This document shows positions 19,210 to 27,923 of a stretch of 64,000 bases of DNA, in pieces; position 1 is the stretch's first letter, and each line of letters opens with the position of its first letter. The notes beneath the pieces are model-generated. The model was not told where the DNA came from and did no database searches. It saw nothing but the letters and a program-made list of their open reading frames with translations. This DNA is from Deltaproteobacteria bacterium (GTDB lineage Bacteria > Myxococcota_A > UBA9160 > SMWR01). The stretch spans positions 96,001-160,000 of the forward strand of contig JAQBHB010000040.1 of the NCBI GenBank assembly GCA_032128115.1, written 5' to 3'. Both the position numbers and the translations under genes were made by a program.

Positions 19210-19569
19210 GTGGTTCGATTCGCGCTTCAGCTGGTGTTGACGGCAGCCCTGCTGCTGATCGTGGCGGGTCTGGTGACGGGCGTGCAGGTCGACAGTTGGG
19301 GTTCGGCCATTCTCGCCGCTCTGGTGCTGGGAATGGTGAACGCCGTGGTTCGGCCCCTGATGCTGATCCTGACGCTACCGCTCACGGTCGTGACCTTCGG
19401 CCTGTTCCTGTTGGTGATCAATGGCCTGATGCTGCAGCTGGTGGCGGTGCTGGTACCCGGGCTCCACGTCGGTGGATTCGGTTCCGCCCTGGTGGGAGCC
19501 CTGCTGCTCACGCTCATGAACGTCCTGGTGTCGGTGCTCGTCGGCCAGCACGACGAGCCCAGGCGCTGA
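19210..19569 (+). CDS. YvlD/DUF360-type four-TM membrane protein (phage holin family annotation)
   Basis: GGAGG RBS + GTG; ALVLGMVNAVVRPLMLILTLPLTVVTFGLFLLVINGLML signature. Confidence 0.88.
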   Translation: MVRFALQLVLTAALLLIVAGLVTGVQVDSWGSAILAALVLGMVNAVVRPLMLILTLPLTVVTFGLFLLVINGLMLQLVAVLVPGLHVGGFGSALVGALLLTLMNVLVSVLVGQHDEPRR

Positions 19570-19573
19570 CGCC

Positions 19574-19765
19574 GTGTCCAACGTACTGCGCTTCGTCCCG
19601 GGAGTCGCGGGAGCCCTTGCCGCGTTCGGCGCCGCGGAGCTCGTGGACTGGCTCTCGTGGACCTCGCTCTCCGGTGAAGTTTCGATCTTCCTGGTCACCT
19701 ACCTGGTCGTTGCCATCGTCGTGGATCGGGCGCTGGCGACCTACGGCACGCAGCCCCGGGCCTGA
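19574..19765 (+). CDS. Small two-TM membrane protein
   Basis: 63 aa, two hydrophobic helices, operonic position. Confidence 0.6.
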   Translation: MSNVLRFVPGVAGALAAFGAAELVDWLSWTSLSGEVSIFLVTYLVVAIVVDRALATYGTQPRA

Positions 19766-19785
19766 TCGGGAGCCGGAGTCGGTTC

Positions 19786-20553
19786 ATGATGCCGAAGATG
19801 GAGACTGCGGCTGTCACGGGATCCGCTTCGGGTATCGGGGCCGCAGTTCGCGCGCGGCTCGAGAAGGACGGATTTCGCGTGATTGGCGTCGACCTCCGGG
19901 ATGCCGAGGTCCTGGCGGATCTTTCCACTCCGGCGGGTCGCGCCTCGGCGGTGGAGGGCGTGGTGGCAGGTTGCGACGGCGTTCTCGATCGACTGGTGAC
20001 CTGCGCCGGCCTCGGATCGAACAGCGATCCGGAGGGGGTCACCTCGGTCAACTACTTCGGCAACGTGGAGCTCCTCGACGGCCTGCGGCCGGCCCTCGAG
20101 CGGGGAAGCCACGCGGCTGCGGTGGCAATCGTCTCCAACTCGGCGCAGATGGCCCCGTTCGACGAACACCCGTTCGTGCTGGCGCTGCTCGACCACGACG
20201 AGGCCAGGGCACGAAAGCTCGCCGACAGCGGCATCGTGGCCTACCTGGGCACCAAGCACGCGCTCGGCCGCGCCGTGCGCCGCCGCGCCCGGGCCTGGGG
20301 CGAGGCCCGGGTGCGTCTCAACGGAGTGGCGCCGGGTCCCGTTCGCACGCCGCTCCTCGAGGCCACCCTGGCAGACCCGGCCACCCGGGACGCGGTCTCC
20401 CGAATCGACATCCCCATCGGCCGCTGGGGGGAGCCCGAAGACGTGTCGGGCCTGGTGGCGTTCCTGCTGGGTCCAGAGGCGAGCTGGATCCACGGCTCCA
20501 TCTACTACATCGACGGCGGCAACGACGCCGAGATCCGCCCCGATCGCTATTGA
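19786..20553 (+). CDS. SDR oxidoreductase (3-alpha-hydroxysteroid dehydrogenase-like)
   Basis: VTGSASGIG, VIGVDLRDAEVLADLS, VNYFG, YLGTK, IDGG. Confidence 0.88.
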   Translation: MMPKMETAAVTGSASGIGAAVRARLEKDGFRVIGVDLRDAEVLADLSTPAGRASAVEGVVAGCDGVLDRLVTCAGLGSNSDPEGVTSVNYFGNVELLDGLRPALERGSHAAAVAIVSNSAQMAPFDEHPFVLALLDHDEARARKLADSGIVAYLGTKHALGRAVRRRARAWGEARVRLNGVAPGPVRTPLLEATLADPATRDAVSRIDIPIGRWGEPEDVSGLVAFLLGPEASWIHGSIYYIDGGNDAEIRPDRY

Positions 20554-20557
20554 CGCG

Positions 20558-21601
20558 TCAGCAGCCAGGGCGGGTTGGACCGCGCAAGCCTCTGAGATCG
20601 GGGGGCAGGCCCGCGATCAGGTTCTCGACGAAGCGGGAGGAGCCGAGCAGCGTGAGGTGGCATGGATCGTTGAAGTGCGCCCCTGACCGCGGCATCAAGG
20701 CATCCTGATCCACCATGAGGACTTCCGGGTTTCTCTGCGCCAGCTCCCGGAGGATGGCGTTGTGGCGGCGGACCATGGCCAGGACGTCTTCCCGGTTCCC
20801 CCAGATCTCGAAGGGGAAGAGGTGGAGGGAGTAGTCGAGACGCCGCTCCCGGAAGGCCTCCACGGAGTAGCCGGGAGGGTCGTGGGCGGCGAGGGTCAGG
20901 AGCACCAACCGGTCGCCACGTGACCCCGCGTGATCGACGATCGCCGCGATGTTGGTTCGGAAGCTCTCGTCGTTCTGGGGGAGCCCTCCATGCTGGGTCC
21001 ACTCCGGGCGCGGAACCCCGAACGGGGTCTTGTGGCGCCTCCGCGACAGGTGACGCAGGAAGAGGACCAGACCGTGAAGGGTGTAGGGGAGGGCGAAGGT
21101 CGTTGCCCGGTGGTAGCGCGCCATGGCGGCCACGATCTCGTTGATGTGGAAGTGCGAGTAGTCCCGTCGGAAGAGCTCCGGGGGGACATTGTTGGTGCGA
21201 GCCTCGTTGATCGAGGGGCAGAAGACGACCAGGTCGAAGCGGGCGCCTGGGAGGCCCCGATACTTCCTCAGGGAATCGAGTGAGTTGTGGCCGGCCTTGG
21301 CAAGGTTGAAGATGCGGATCTTCCCCTCGACTCGCCTGGCAAGGTGTTCCCGGAGCCCAGGGCTGACGGCGCTCCAGTCGTTCTCGATGATCGATCCACC
21401 CAGGAGCAGGATGTCGAACGAGGGTCCTGTAGGGTTGGGCTTCCTGGCCAGTCCTTTCCGCATCTCCGGGTAGAAAATCTGGAGCGTGTATTCGGGATGG
21501 TGAAGTGGGATCCGGCGAACGCCGAACCAGAAGAACCGCGCCGCGATCTCCGCCGTCAGAACGACGAGAAGGGCCGTGATCGTCAGGGGAATGGCGTCCA
21601 T
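20558..21601 (-). CDS. Membrane-anchored SGNH/GDSL-like hydrolase
   Basis: Start MDAIPL at 21601; N-terminal TM; ILLLGGS, NLAKAGHNS, INE, FNDPCH. Confidence 0.72.
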   Translation of the reverse strand: MDAIPLTITALLVVLTAEIAARFFWFGVRRIPLHHPEYTLQIFYPEMRKGLARKPNPTGPSFDILLLGGSIIENDWSAVSPGLREHLARRVEGKIRIFNLAKAGHNSLDSLRKYRGLPGARFDLVVFCPSINEARTNNVPPELFRRDYSHFHINEIVAAMARYHRATTFALPYTLHGLVLFLRHLSRRRHKTPFGVPRPEWTQHGGLPQNDESFRTNIAAIVDHAGSRGDRLVLLTLAAHDPPGYSVEAFRERRLDYSLHLFPFEIWGNREDVLAMVRRHNAILRELAQRNPEVLMVDQDALMPRSGAHFNDPCHLTLLGSSRFVENLIAGLPPDLRGLRGPTRPGC

Positions 21602-21660
21602 CAGGGAAAGTAAATTCAGGGAAAGTAAATTCAGGGAAAGTAGATTCAGGGAAACTAGAG
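21601..21660. repeat. AT-rich 15-bp tandem array x4 abutting the start codon
   Basis: tcagggaaagtaaat x2, tcagggaaagtagat, tcagggaaactagag. Confidence 0.95.
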
Positions 21661-21777
21661 ACTCGAACCCACCGTTTGGTGCCTTCCATCGGGATCGTAA
21701 CTCAGCTGCCCCGGCCGTCCGTGCTCGCTCAGGTTGCTGGGAAAACCGGGCCTGATTCCCGCGGCTCGCGGGCGGTT

Positions 21778-23160
21778 CTAGGGACCAGCGGTCCAGAGTT
21801 GGCGCCATCCCTCCCACGCGTACGGGATGGACACGGTGGCGACAAACACCAGGACCGCAGCCGCGGGCAGGGCGCGCCAGCCGTGCAGGGCACGGCGGAC
21901 GGATGGCCAATCGAGGGCCGCATGAGCCGCATACACAAGCAACAGCGGCATCCACGGCAGCCGGTAGCGGGTGTGGGCGATGGCAGCGACGTGCAGCGCG
22001 CACACCGCCGTCAGCACCAGCAGGGGCAGCAGGCGCAGCGGTCCCCGGCAGGCGGCGATCCCCAGCAGGCCCAGGCCGAGCATGGACACGTAGAAGAGGG
22101 CGCTCAGGATCGCAAGCCAACGGGATCCGGGCGGCGATTCCTGGCCGTAGGATCCGATGCGAAGCTTGCGCAGCAGAAAGGAATCGGGCGCGAGCAGGCG
22201 GCCGATTCCGAGCACGGTCTTCTTGAAGACCCAGGCCGGCTGCTCCGCACGGATGCGTGCGAGGGTGTGGCGGCGTGCGAAGTCCATCCGTTCCATTTCG
22301 TCTTCGATGGTGAAGTAGCTCGCCTTGTAGCGCTGCAGGGCCGGGCCTCCGAAGCGGTACCACTCCGGATTCTCGAGGGTGTTGCCTTCTCCGGCCGAGG
22401 CCCAGCCCACGGTGGCCACGGGAACCACGCGCCCGAACGCGGCGTAGTTGCGCAGGGTCCACGGCAGCACCACGAGCACGCTGGCCACCAGCAGCAGCGC
22501 GCCGCGGACGAGGGCCGCCCGCCGCTGCTCGAGCGGCGCAGATGCCACGATCCAGAGCGCGCACGCGCCGGCCACCGGGAGTGCGATCTCGCGGGTGAGA
22601 GCCCCGAGTCCCAGGACGCTCCCCGAGAGGATGGACAGAGCCGGGCTCTGGCGACGCTGCGCCACGACCGCGGCGAGCAACCCGCCGGTGGCAAGCACCG
22701 CGAAAGTGGTCTCCGACCACAGGTAGTGGCTGTAGGCCACGAGCGTGGGGTCGAGCGCCGCCACCGCTGCTGCGACCAGACCCACCCGCTCGTCGAACAG
22801 GGCCCGCCCCAACAGGAAGGTCAGCAACACCAGTCCCGTGCCGAGACCCAGCATGGCGACCAGCATCGGGCGCAGGAAATCCGCCACCCGGGCGTCTGGG
22901 TCGGTCGGGTCGAGTTCGTCGAGATGGGTCAGGAAGTCGCGATCGGCCAGGCTGACCAGGGGTTGCGAGGGGTCGATCCAAAGCGCGAGCCACCACGCCT
23001 GACCCGGTGGGCGGTAGGCGCGCAGGGCCGGGTTGTATTGGTGGCCCTCGCCGCGCGCGAGGTTCGTAGCCACCATCACGTAGTAGTACTCATCGCCTAC
23101 CAGGCGAACGGGAAAGGTCGCGGCTGTGGTCGCGATGCGCACCCCGGCCGCCACCAGCAC
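21778..23160 (-). CDS. GT-C fold glycosyltransferase (ArnT/PMT, GT39-like)
   Basis: GDEYYY, YRPPG, SETTF, LTR, PWTLRN, RYRLP; many TMs. The start may be an in-frame CTG at 23196 overlapping the upstream stop. Confidence 0.82.
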   Translation of the reverse strand: MLVAAGVRIATTAATFPVRLVGDEYYYVMVATNLARGEGHQYNPALRAYRPPGQAWWLALWIDPSQPLVSLADRDFLTHLDELDPTDPDARVADFLRPMLVAMLGLGTGLVLLTFLLGRALFDERVGLVAAAVAALDPTLVAYSHYLWSETTFAVLATGGLLAAVVAQRRQSPALSILSGSVLGLGALTREIALPVAGACALWIVASAPLEQRRAALVRGALLLVASVLVVLPWTLRNYAAFGRVVPVATVGWASAGEGNTLENPEWYRFGGPALQRYKASYFTIEDEMERMDFARRHTLARIRAEQPAWVFKKTVLGIGRLLAPDSFLLRKLRIGSYGQESPPGSRWLAILSALFYVSMLGLGLLGIAACRGPLRLLPLLVLTAVCALHVAAIAHTRYRLPWMPLLLVYAAHAALDWPSVRRALHGWRALPAAAVLVFVATVSIPYAWEGWRQLWTAGP

Positions 23161-23192
23161 GATCGCAGCCAGGGCGAGAAGCGGACGGCGGT

Positions 23193-23900
23193 TCAGGTGG
23201 TCGGCCCCGTCGTCATCTTCTTCATGTCGTCTTCCAGGGTCTTGCGCATGTAGCTGATGGCGTCGGCGCGAACGGCAGCCTTGGTGAGGGCGTGGGCCGG
23301 CTGGGGCAGCTTGGCCAGGCCGGCGGCCTCGGCCAGGGCCTCGTCGAATACCGCCTCGGGCTGCACGATCCGATCCAGATAGCCCGCATCCACCGCCTCT
23401 TCCGGCGAGAACAGGTGCCCCTGGGTGGTGGCCCGCTGGAAGTGGCGCTTCGACAGGCGCTGGCGCGCCATCTCGAAGGCGAAAATGGGCAACGTCATTC
23501 CGAGTGCCACTTCGTTCAGGCCGATCTTGAAGTCGCCCGCAGCCCCCACCCGCGCGTCCGCCGACAGCAGGGCGATGGCGCCTGCGGCCACCGCGTGGCC
23601 GGTGCAGGCGACCACCACGGGACGGGGAAACTCGAACATGCGCAGGAAGAGTTCGGCCCCGGCCGTCACGAGGTTGCGCACACCCTCGGGCCCCGAGCGC
23701 ATCACCTGCAGGTCGAAGCCGCCCGAGAATCGGCCGGGTCGCCCCGCCAGCAGCACGGCGCCCGCGTCCTTGTCGGCGCGGTCGAGGCAGCGGTGCAACT
23801 CGGCGATGGCGTCGTGAGAGAAGGCATTGGCCTTGCCGTCGTCGAACTGCAGGACGGCTACCTGTTCGCGGATCTCGTAGCGGATGGCGGCGTCGGCCAT
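23193..23900 (-). CDS. Crotonase / enoyl-CoA hydratase-isomerase family protein
   Basis: DDGKANA, FSGGFDL, ACTGHAVAAG, GLNEV. Confidence 0.9.
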   Translation of the reverse strand: MADAAIRYEIREQVAVLQFDDGKANAFSHDAIAELHRCLDRADKDAGAVLLAGRPGRFSGGFDLQVMRSGPEGVRNLVTAGAELFLRMFEFPRPVVVACTGHAVAAGAIALLSADARVGAAGDFKIGLNEVALGMTLPIFAFEMARQRLSKRHFQRATTQGHLFSPEEAVDAGYLDRIVQPEAVFDEALAEAAGLAKLPQPAHALTKAAVRADAISYMRKTLEDDMKKMTTGPTT

Positions 23901-23982
23901 GGGGGCTCTTCCTCTTGTACCGATCGCGCGCTGTGGATCGGGGGGAGATCAGGGTAGCCCGGCGGCGCGCCGAGATGCGAGT

Positions 23983-25161
23983 CTAGGCAGCCGCGCGCAG
24001 GCGGCGGCGGAGCCACGCCAGACCGGGGAGCAGAAGCGCGAGTTCGAATCCGAGGCCGCAGCCCGAGTTCGGCGACTCGGAGACCTGCCACGGGTTACCG
24101 CAGGTGGGGTCGAGGACGTCGATCCAGCCGTCGCCGTCGTTGTCGATTCCGTCGTCGCACTCCGGGCTCTCGCTGTGCCACTCCTCGTTCCGGCAGCCGG
24201 GGTCGTTGCCGTCGTCTACGAAGCCGTCGCCGTCGTCGTCCAGGCCGTTGTTGCAGGGCCCGCAGTTCGGGTAGCAGGCGGGGAGGACCGCAGCGAGGAT
24301 CTGGTCGCGATAGGACGACAGGTCGGCGCTGAAGGTGCGATTCTCGTAGATCGCCGAGTTCAACACAGTGGGCAGATCCGGCTGGTCGACGAAGACTTCC
24401 TCCGCGTACATGATGCCGGCCAGTTCCCAGATGGCGCCGTTCTGGATGAAGACGGCGCCGCCCGAGTCCCCGATGGCGGCCTGGCATTCGTGGTCGGCCT
24501 CCGCCACGCCGCGATCGAAGGTCGTGGCGAACGAATCCGTGGTGAAGGCCGAACCGTCGGGGATCAGGTCGGGAATCAACGCGGCGATCAGGTTCTTGCC
24601 CCAGCGGATCGACTTGCTGGTGTCCCACAGATAGCCGTCGGTCTCGTTGACGCATGAACCGGGGGGGCAGTTGGGGGGGCACGCGCATTCGTTCACGTAT
24701 TCGTAGGCGGCTCCGCGATCGCGGCCGTTGCCGATCATCACTACCTCGGTGGTCGTGGTGCCCGGGTCGGGGATGGGATCGGCGCGAATCTCCAGCGCCT
24801 CGAGCGGCGGCTTCGGGGTGATCTGGTAGGCGCGCAGGTCGGCGTAAATCGGGGAATCGTGGACGATGCGGACAAAGCTGTTCGGGACGGTGGTGTAGAC
24901 CGTGCCGCCCAGATTCACGTCGCCGGTGCCGCCGTGACTGCTGGCCAGCACCCAGCCGTAGCCCAGGTAGACGGCGGAAAGCCCGGCGCCGCGGATGCCC
25001 ACGTTGTCGAATCCCGGATCATCGGCGGGCGGGGCCGGCGGAGACACGTTTCCCGTGCCGTCGCCCGAGTCGATGATGACGGCGGCGGCGGGAGCGGCCC
25101 CCCACAGGGCCAGAGCAACGGCTGTGGCGGTGAACTTCATGGCTATGGCAGTGAACTTCAT
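23983..25161 (-). CDS. Secreted trypsin-like serine protease with acidic Ca-binding-type repeats and a C-terminal sorting signal
   Basis: Signal peptide; WVLASSH (His), ADL (Asp), GDSGG (Ser); CNNGLDDDGDGFVD..DPGC and CDDGIDNDGDGWID..DPTC; tail SGCGLGFELALLLPGLAWLRRRLR. Confidence 0.75.
   Translation of the reverse strand: MKFTAIAMKFTATAVALALWGAAPAAAVIIDSGDGTGNVSPPAPPADDPGFDNVGIRGAGLSAVYLGYGWVLASSHGGTGDVNLGGTVYTTVPNSFVRIVHDSPIYADLRAYQITPKPPLEALEIRADPIPDPGTTTTEVVMIGNGRDRGAAYEYVNECACPPNCPPGSCVNETDGYLWDTSKSIRWGKNLIAALIPDLIPDGSAFTTDSFATTFDRGVAEADHECQAAIGDSGGAVFIQNGAIWELAGIMYAEEVFVDQPDLPTVLNSAIYENRTFSADLSSYRDQILAAVLPACYPNCGPCNNGLDDDGDGFVDDGNDPGCRNEEWHSESPECDDGIDNDGDGWIDVLDPTCGNPWQVSESPNSGCGLGFELALLLPGLAWLRRRLRAAA
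25120..25161. repeat. 21-bp duplication that duplicates the start codon (MKFTAIA-MKFTATA)
   Basis: ggctgtggcggtgaacttcat / ggctatggcagtgaacttcat. Confidence 0.9.
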
Positions 25162-25284
25162 GGGTATGGGAATCCGTTGAGTGCTGAGCTTAACCCAATC
25201 AACCCGTGGGCGCGGGCGGAGTTGCGCCGTCATGTTGCCCCTGGGGTGAGCGCCCGGCAGATGGATGTGGGAGATTCGCCCGGG

Positions 25285-25698
25285 ATGTCACCGGAACGCA
25301 GCCGCGCGGCCTGGGTAGCCGGAAAATATCTGCTTCTCCAGATCCCCGGCTGGCTCATCGTGGGTTGCCTGGTAACCGCGGCGGTCCGCTGGTGGGGAAT
25401 CTCCCCGTTGACGGCCTGCCTTCTGTTCGCGGCCTGGCTCGTCAAGGACGCCGTGATGTTTCCGTTCCTGAAATCGGCGTATGAGCCCTCGGACGAGAAT
25501 ACGGGCGGTCTGGTGGGTGCCCGGGCCGTCACCAGCGATCGCCTGGATCCTGCCGGTTGGGTGCGCCTGGGGCCGGAGCGGTGGCGCGCCGAACTGGTGC
25601 ACGGCCACGAGCCGGTGGCCAAGGGGACCACGGTCCGTGTGCTCGCCGTGAACGGGCTCATTGTGACGGTCGAGCCCGACTCCGAGGAGCCCGCATGA
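25285..25698 (+). CDS. NfeD-family short protein (TM + OB-fold)
   Basis: Two TMs then LVGARAV..RLDPAGWVRLGPERWRA...GTTVRVLAVNGLIVTVEP. Confidence 0.8.
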   Translation: MSPERSRAAWVAGKYLLLQIPGWLIVGCLVTAAVRWWGISPLTACLLFAAWLVKDAVMFPFLKSAYEPSDENTGGLVGARAVTSDRLDPAGWVRLGPERWRAELVHGHEPVAKGTTVRVLAVNGLIVTVEPDSEEPA

Positions 25699-26810
25699 GT
25701 GGAGGCGGGGCCCGGATTCCCGACGACTACGCAAGGGTGCTGTCGGATCTGGGCAGCGGCACCCTGGGGGGGCTCGAGGCCTTCGAAGCCACCCTGCGCC
25801 GGCTGCATCCGCCTGCCTTCGAGGCGCTTCGCGAACGCCTGGCGCCGGCGCGGGATCGGCTCGCCACCGCCTTGCCAGGATTCCGGGCCGCGAACGCGCC
25901 GCCCGAGCTCGACGAGTTGCACGAACAGCTGGGTCAGGCGGCACAAGCCTGCCTGTCGGCACTCGACGGCTTCCTCGAGCCCGCCCACGCCAGTGAAGTC
26001 GCGCCCCGGATCCTGCGCGCCATGCGCGAGCACGCGCGTGCCCAGGAGCTCGTGTATCCCATGCGGCGTGTATTTCCGCCCTTCGATCGGTTCTTTGCAG
26101 AGCCGATCTTTCACGGGGATCTGGCGAGGCTTACGCCCGAGCCGTCTCCCGGCGCGAATGTGGGTCTGCATCGGGCCGGGTCCGGGGACGATCCCGATGG
26201 CCGCGGCGGATTCTGTCTGTACGTGCCCGAGCACTACGACGGGCGGTCCGATTGGCCGCTGGTGGTCGCACTGCACGGCGGCTTCGGGCGCGGGCGCGAC
26301 TTCCTGTGGACCTGGCTGCGCGAGGCCCGTGGGCGCGGTTTCCTGCTGCTGGCCCCCACGTCCGTGGGCACCACCTGGTCCTTGCAGTCGCCGGCGTTGG
26401 ACGGGCGCAGGCTGGTTTCGATGCTGGGTCACGTGTGCGAGAACTGGAGCGTGGACTCTTCCCGCATTCTGCTCACCGGGCTCTCGGATGGCGCGACCTT
26501 CGCCCTGCTGACGGGCCTCGCCCCCGACTCGCCGTTCACCGCCCTGGCTCCGGTGTCGGGTGTGCTGCACCCGGCCAACCACGCCAACGGGAACCTTGCG
26601 CGGGCGGCAGGGCGTCGCATCTATCTGGTGCACGGGGCCCTGGACTGGATGTTCCCGGTGGTCTTGGCGCAGATGGCGCGCGATGCGCTCCAGGCGGCCG
26701 GGAGCGACCTGATCTACCGGGAGATTTCCGATCTCTCCCACGCGTACCCGCGCGAAGAGAACGACTCGATCCTCGAATGGTTCGACCCGGGCCTGGCTCT
26801 TCCCGGCTAG
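25695..26810 (+). CDS. Phospholipase/carboxylesterase-like alpha/beta hydrolase with a helical N-terminal extension
   Basis: LYVPE..PLVVALHGG, TGLSDGA (GxSxG), HGALD, SHAYP. Confidence 0.82.
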   Translation: MSGGGARIPDDYARVLSDLGSGTLGGLEAFEATLRRLHPPAFEALRERLAPARDRLATALPGFRAANAPPELDELHEQLGQAAQACLSALDGFLEPAHASEVAPRILRAMREHARAQELVYPMRRVFPPFDRFFAEPIFHGDLARLTPEPSPGANVGLHRAGSGDDPDGRGGFCLYVPEHYDGRSDWPLVVALHGGFGRGRDFLWTWLREARGRGFLLLAPTSVGTTWSLQSPALDGRRLVSMLGHVCENWSVDSSRILLTGLSDGATFALLTGLAPDSPFTALAPVSGVLHPANHANGNLARAAGRRIYLVHGALDWMFPVVLAQMARDALQAAGSDLIYREISDLSHAYPREENDSILEWFDPGLALPG

Positions 26811-26816
26811 CGCGGC

Positions 26817-27923
26817 CTACTGAAGCGACGACAGGTCGATCTGGTACAGGTCCGCCACGTTGCGACACAGGATGTGTTCGCGTTGTTCGTCGGTCAGATC
26901 CTTCTGGTGCTCGCGGAGCACATCCTGGGACCAGGGCCAGGTGGAATCGCTGTGGGGAAAATCGTTCGCCCACATGAGATGTTTCCAGTTCATCAGGTCC
27001 GCAGTCTTGAAGGCGACCCAGTCGTCCTGGAAGGTGGTGTAGATGTTCTCGCGGAAATATTCGGAAGGCAGCTTCGAGAGCTTCTGTCCGGGCGGCAGCC
27101 AGTTGCGATGACGCTTGTAGGCGTGGTCCATCCGGTACATGTAGTGAGGCACCCAGCCGGCGTCGGCCTCCACACACACCACCTTGAGTTCCGGGTGGCG
27201 CTCGAACACTCCTCCCAGCACCAGCATTCCCATGATGTCCTGGCAGCCGCGCACGATGGTGAGGAAGCCGTTCATGGCCGGGCCGCGCGGGAGCGCCTCC
27301 CGGGTGGTGAGGATGTGGAACGAGAGCGGCAGCGCAAGCTCGATTGCAGCGCGCCAGAAGTCATCGTAGATGGGCGAGTCGTAATCCTCTTCGGCGGGAA
27401 CGCCTGGCATCATCACTCCGCGAAGCCCCAGGGCCTTGATGGCCTTCAGGTCGAGGATGCCCTCGGCGGGCGATCGCATGGCGGTCTGGCCGATCCCCAG
27501 CAGCCGTGAGGGATGGGCTGCGCAATAGCCGGTGAGCCAGCGGTTGTAGGCGTCGAAACAGGCCTTCTTGTAGTCGAAGTCGCGGTGGTTGCAGAGCACC
27601 ATGCCCACGGTGGGGTAGATGATCTCGGCGGCGATGCCGTCGCGATCCTGCTCACCCATGCGCGCCTCCGGGTCCCAGCCGCCCCGGTGCATCTCGTCGA
27701 ACAGCACACCCGTCACGCGGATCTCTTCCGCGGGCTTTCCGGCGGCGGCCACCAGGCCCATGGGAATGGGCTTCTTCATGCCGTCGACCACGAAGACGTC
27801 GCCAGCCTTCTCGTCGCGCTGCATGCGTGGAGCCCGGTCGCGGAAACGCGGGTCGATGTGATCCAGATAGGTACCGGGCGGCTCGGTGATGTGGGAGTCG
27901 GCCGAGATGATGGGAAAGCTCAT
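26817..27923 (-). CDS. Amidohydrolase family 2 protein
   Basis: IISADSHITEP, AEIIYPT, SFH, FERHPELK, WANDFPHSD. Confidence 0.9.
   Translation of the reverse strand: MSFPIISADSHITEPPGTYLDHIDPRFRDRAPRMQRDEKAGDVFVVDGMKKPIPMGLVAAAGKPAEEIRVTGVLFDEMHRGGWDPEARMGEQDRDGIAAEIIYPTVGMVLCNHRDFDYKKACFDAYNRWLTGYCAAHPSRLLGIGQTAMRSPAEGILDLKAIKALGLRGVMMPGVPAEEDYDSPIYDDFWRAAIELALPLSFHILTTREALPRGPAMNGFLTIVRGCQDIMGMLVLGGVFERHPELKVVCVEADAGWVPHYMYRMDHAYKRHRNWLPPGQKLSKLPSEYFRENIYTTFQDDWVAFKTADLMNWKHLMWANDFPHSDSTWPWSQDVLREHQKDLTDEQREHILCRNVADLYQIDLSSLQ

Noticed and set aside
19210..19569. Phage holin family annotation as a sign of prophage
   Set aside because: YvlD/DUF360 proteins are common chromosomal membrane proteins; no phage genes nearby.
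21655..21720. GGGTTCGAGT on the minus strand suggesting a tRNA T-loop
   Set aside because: T-stem does not pair and no cloverleaf can be built.
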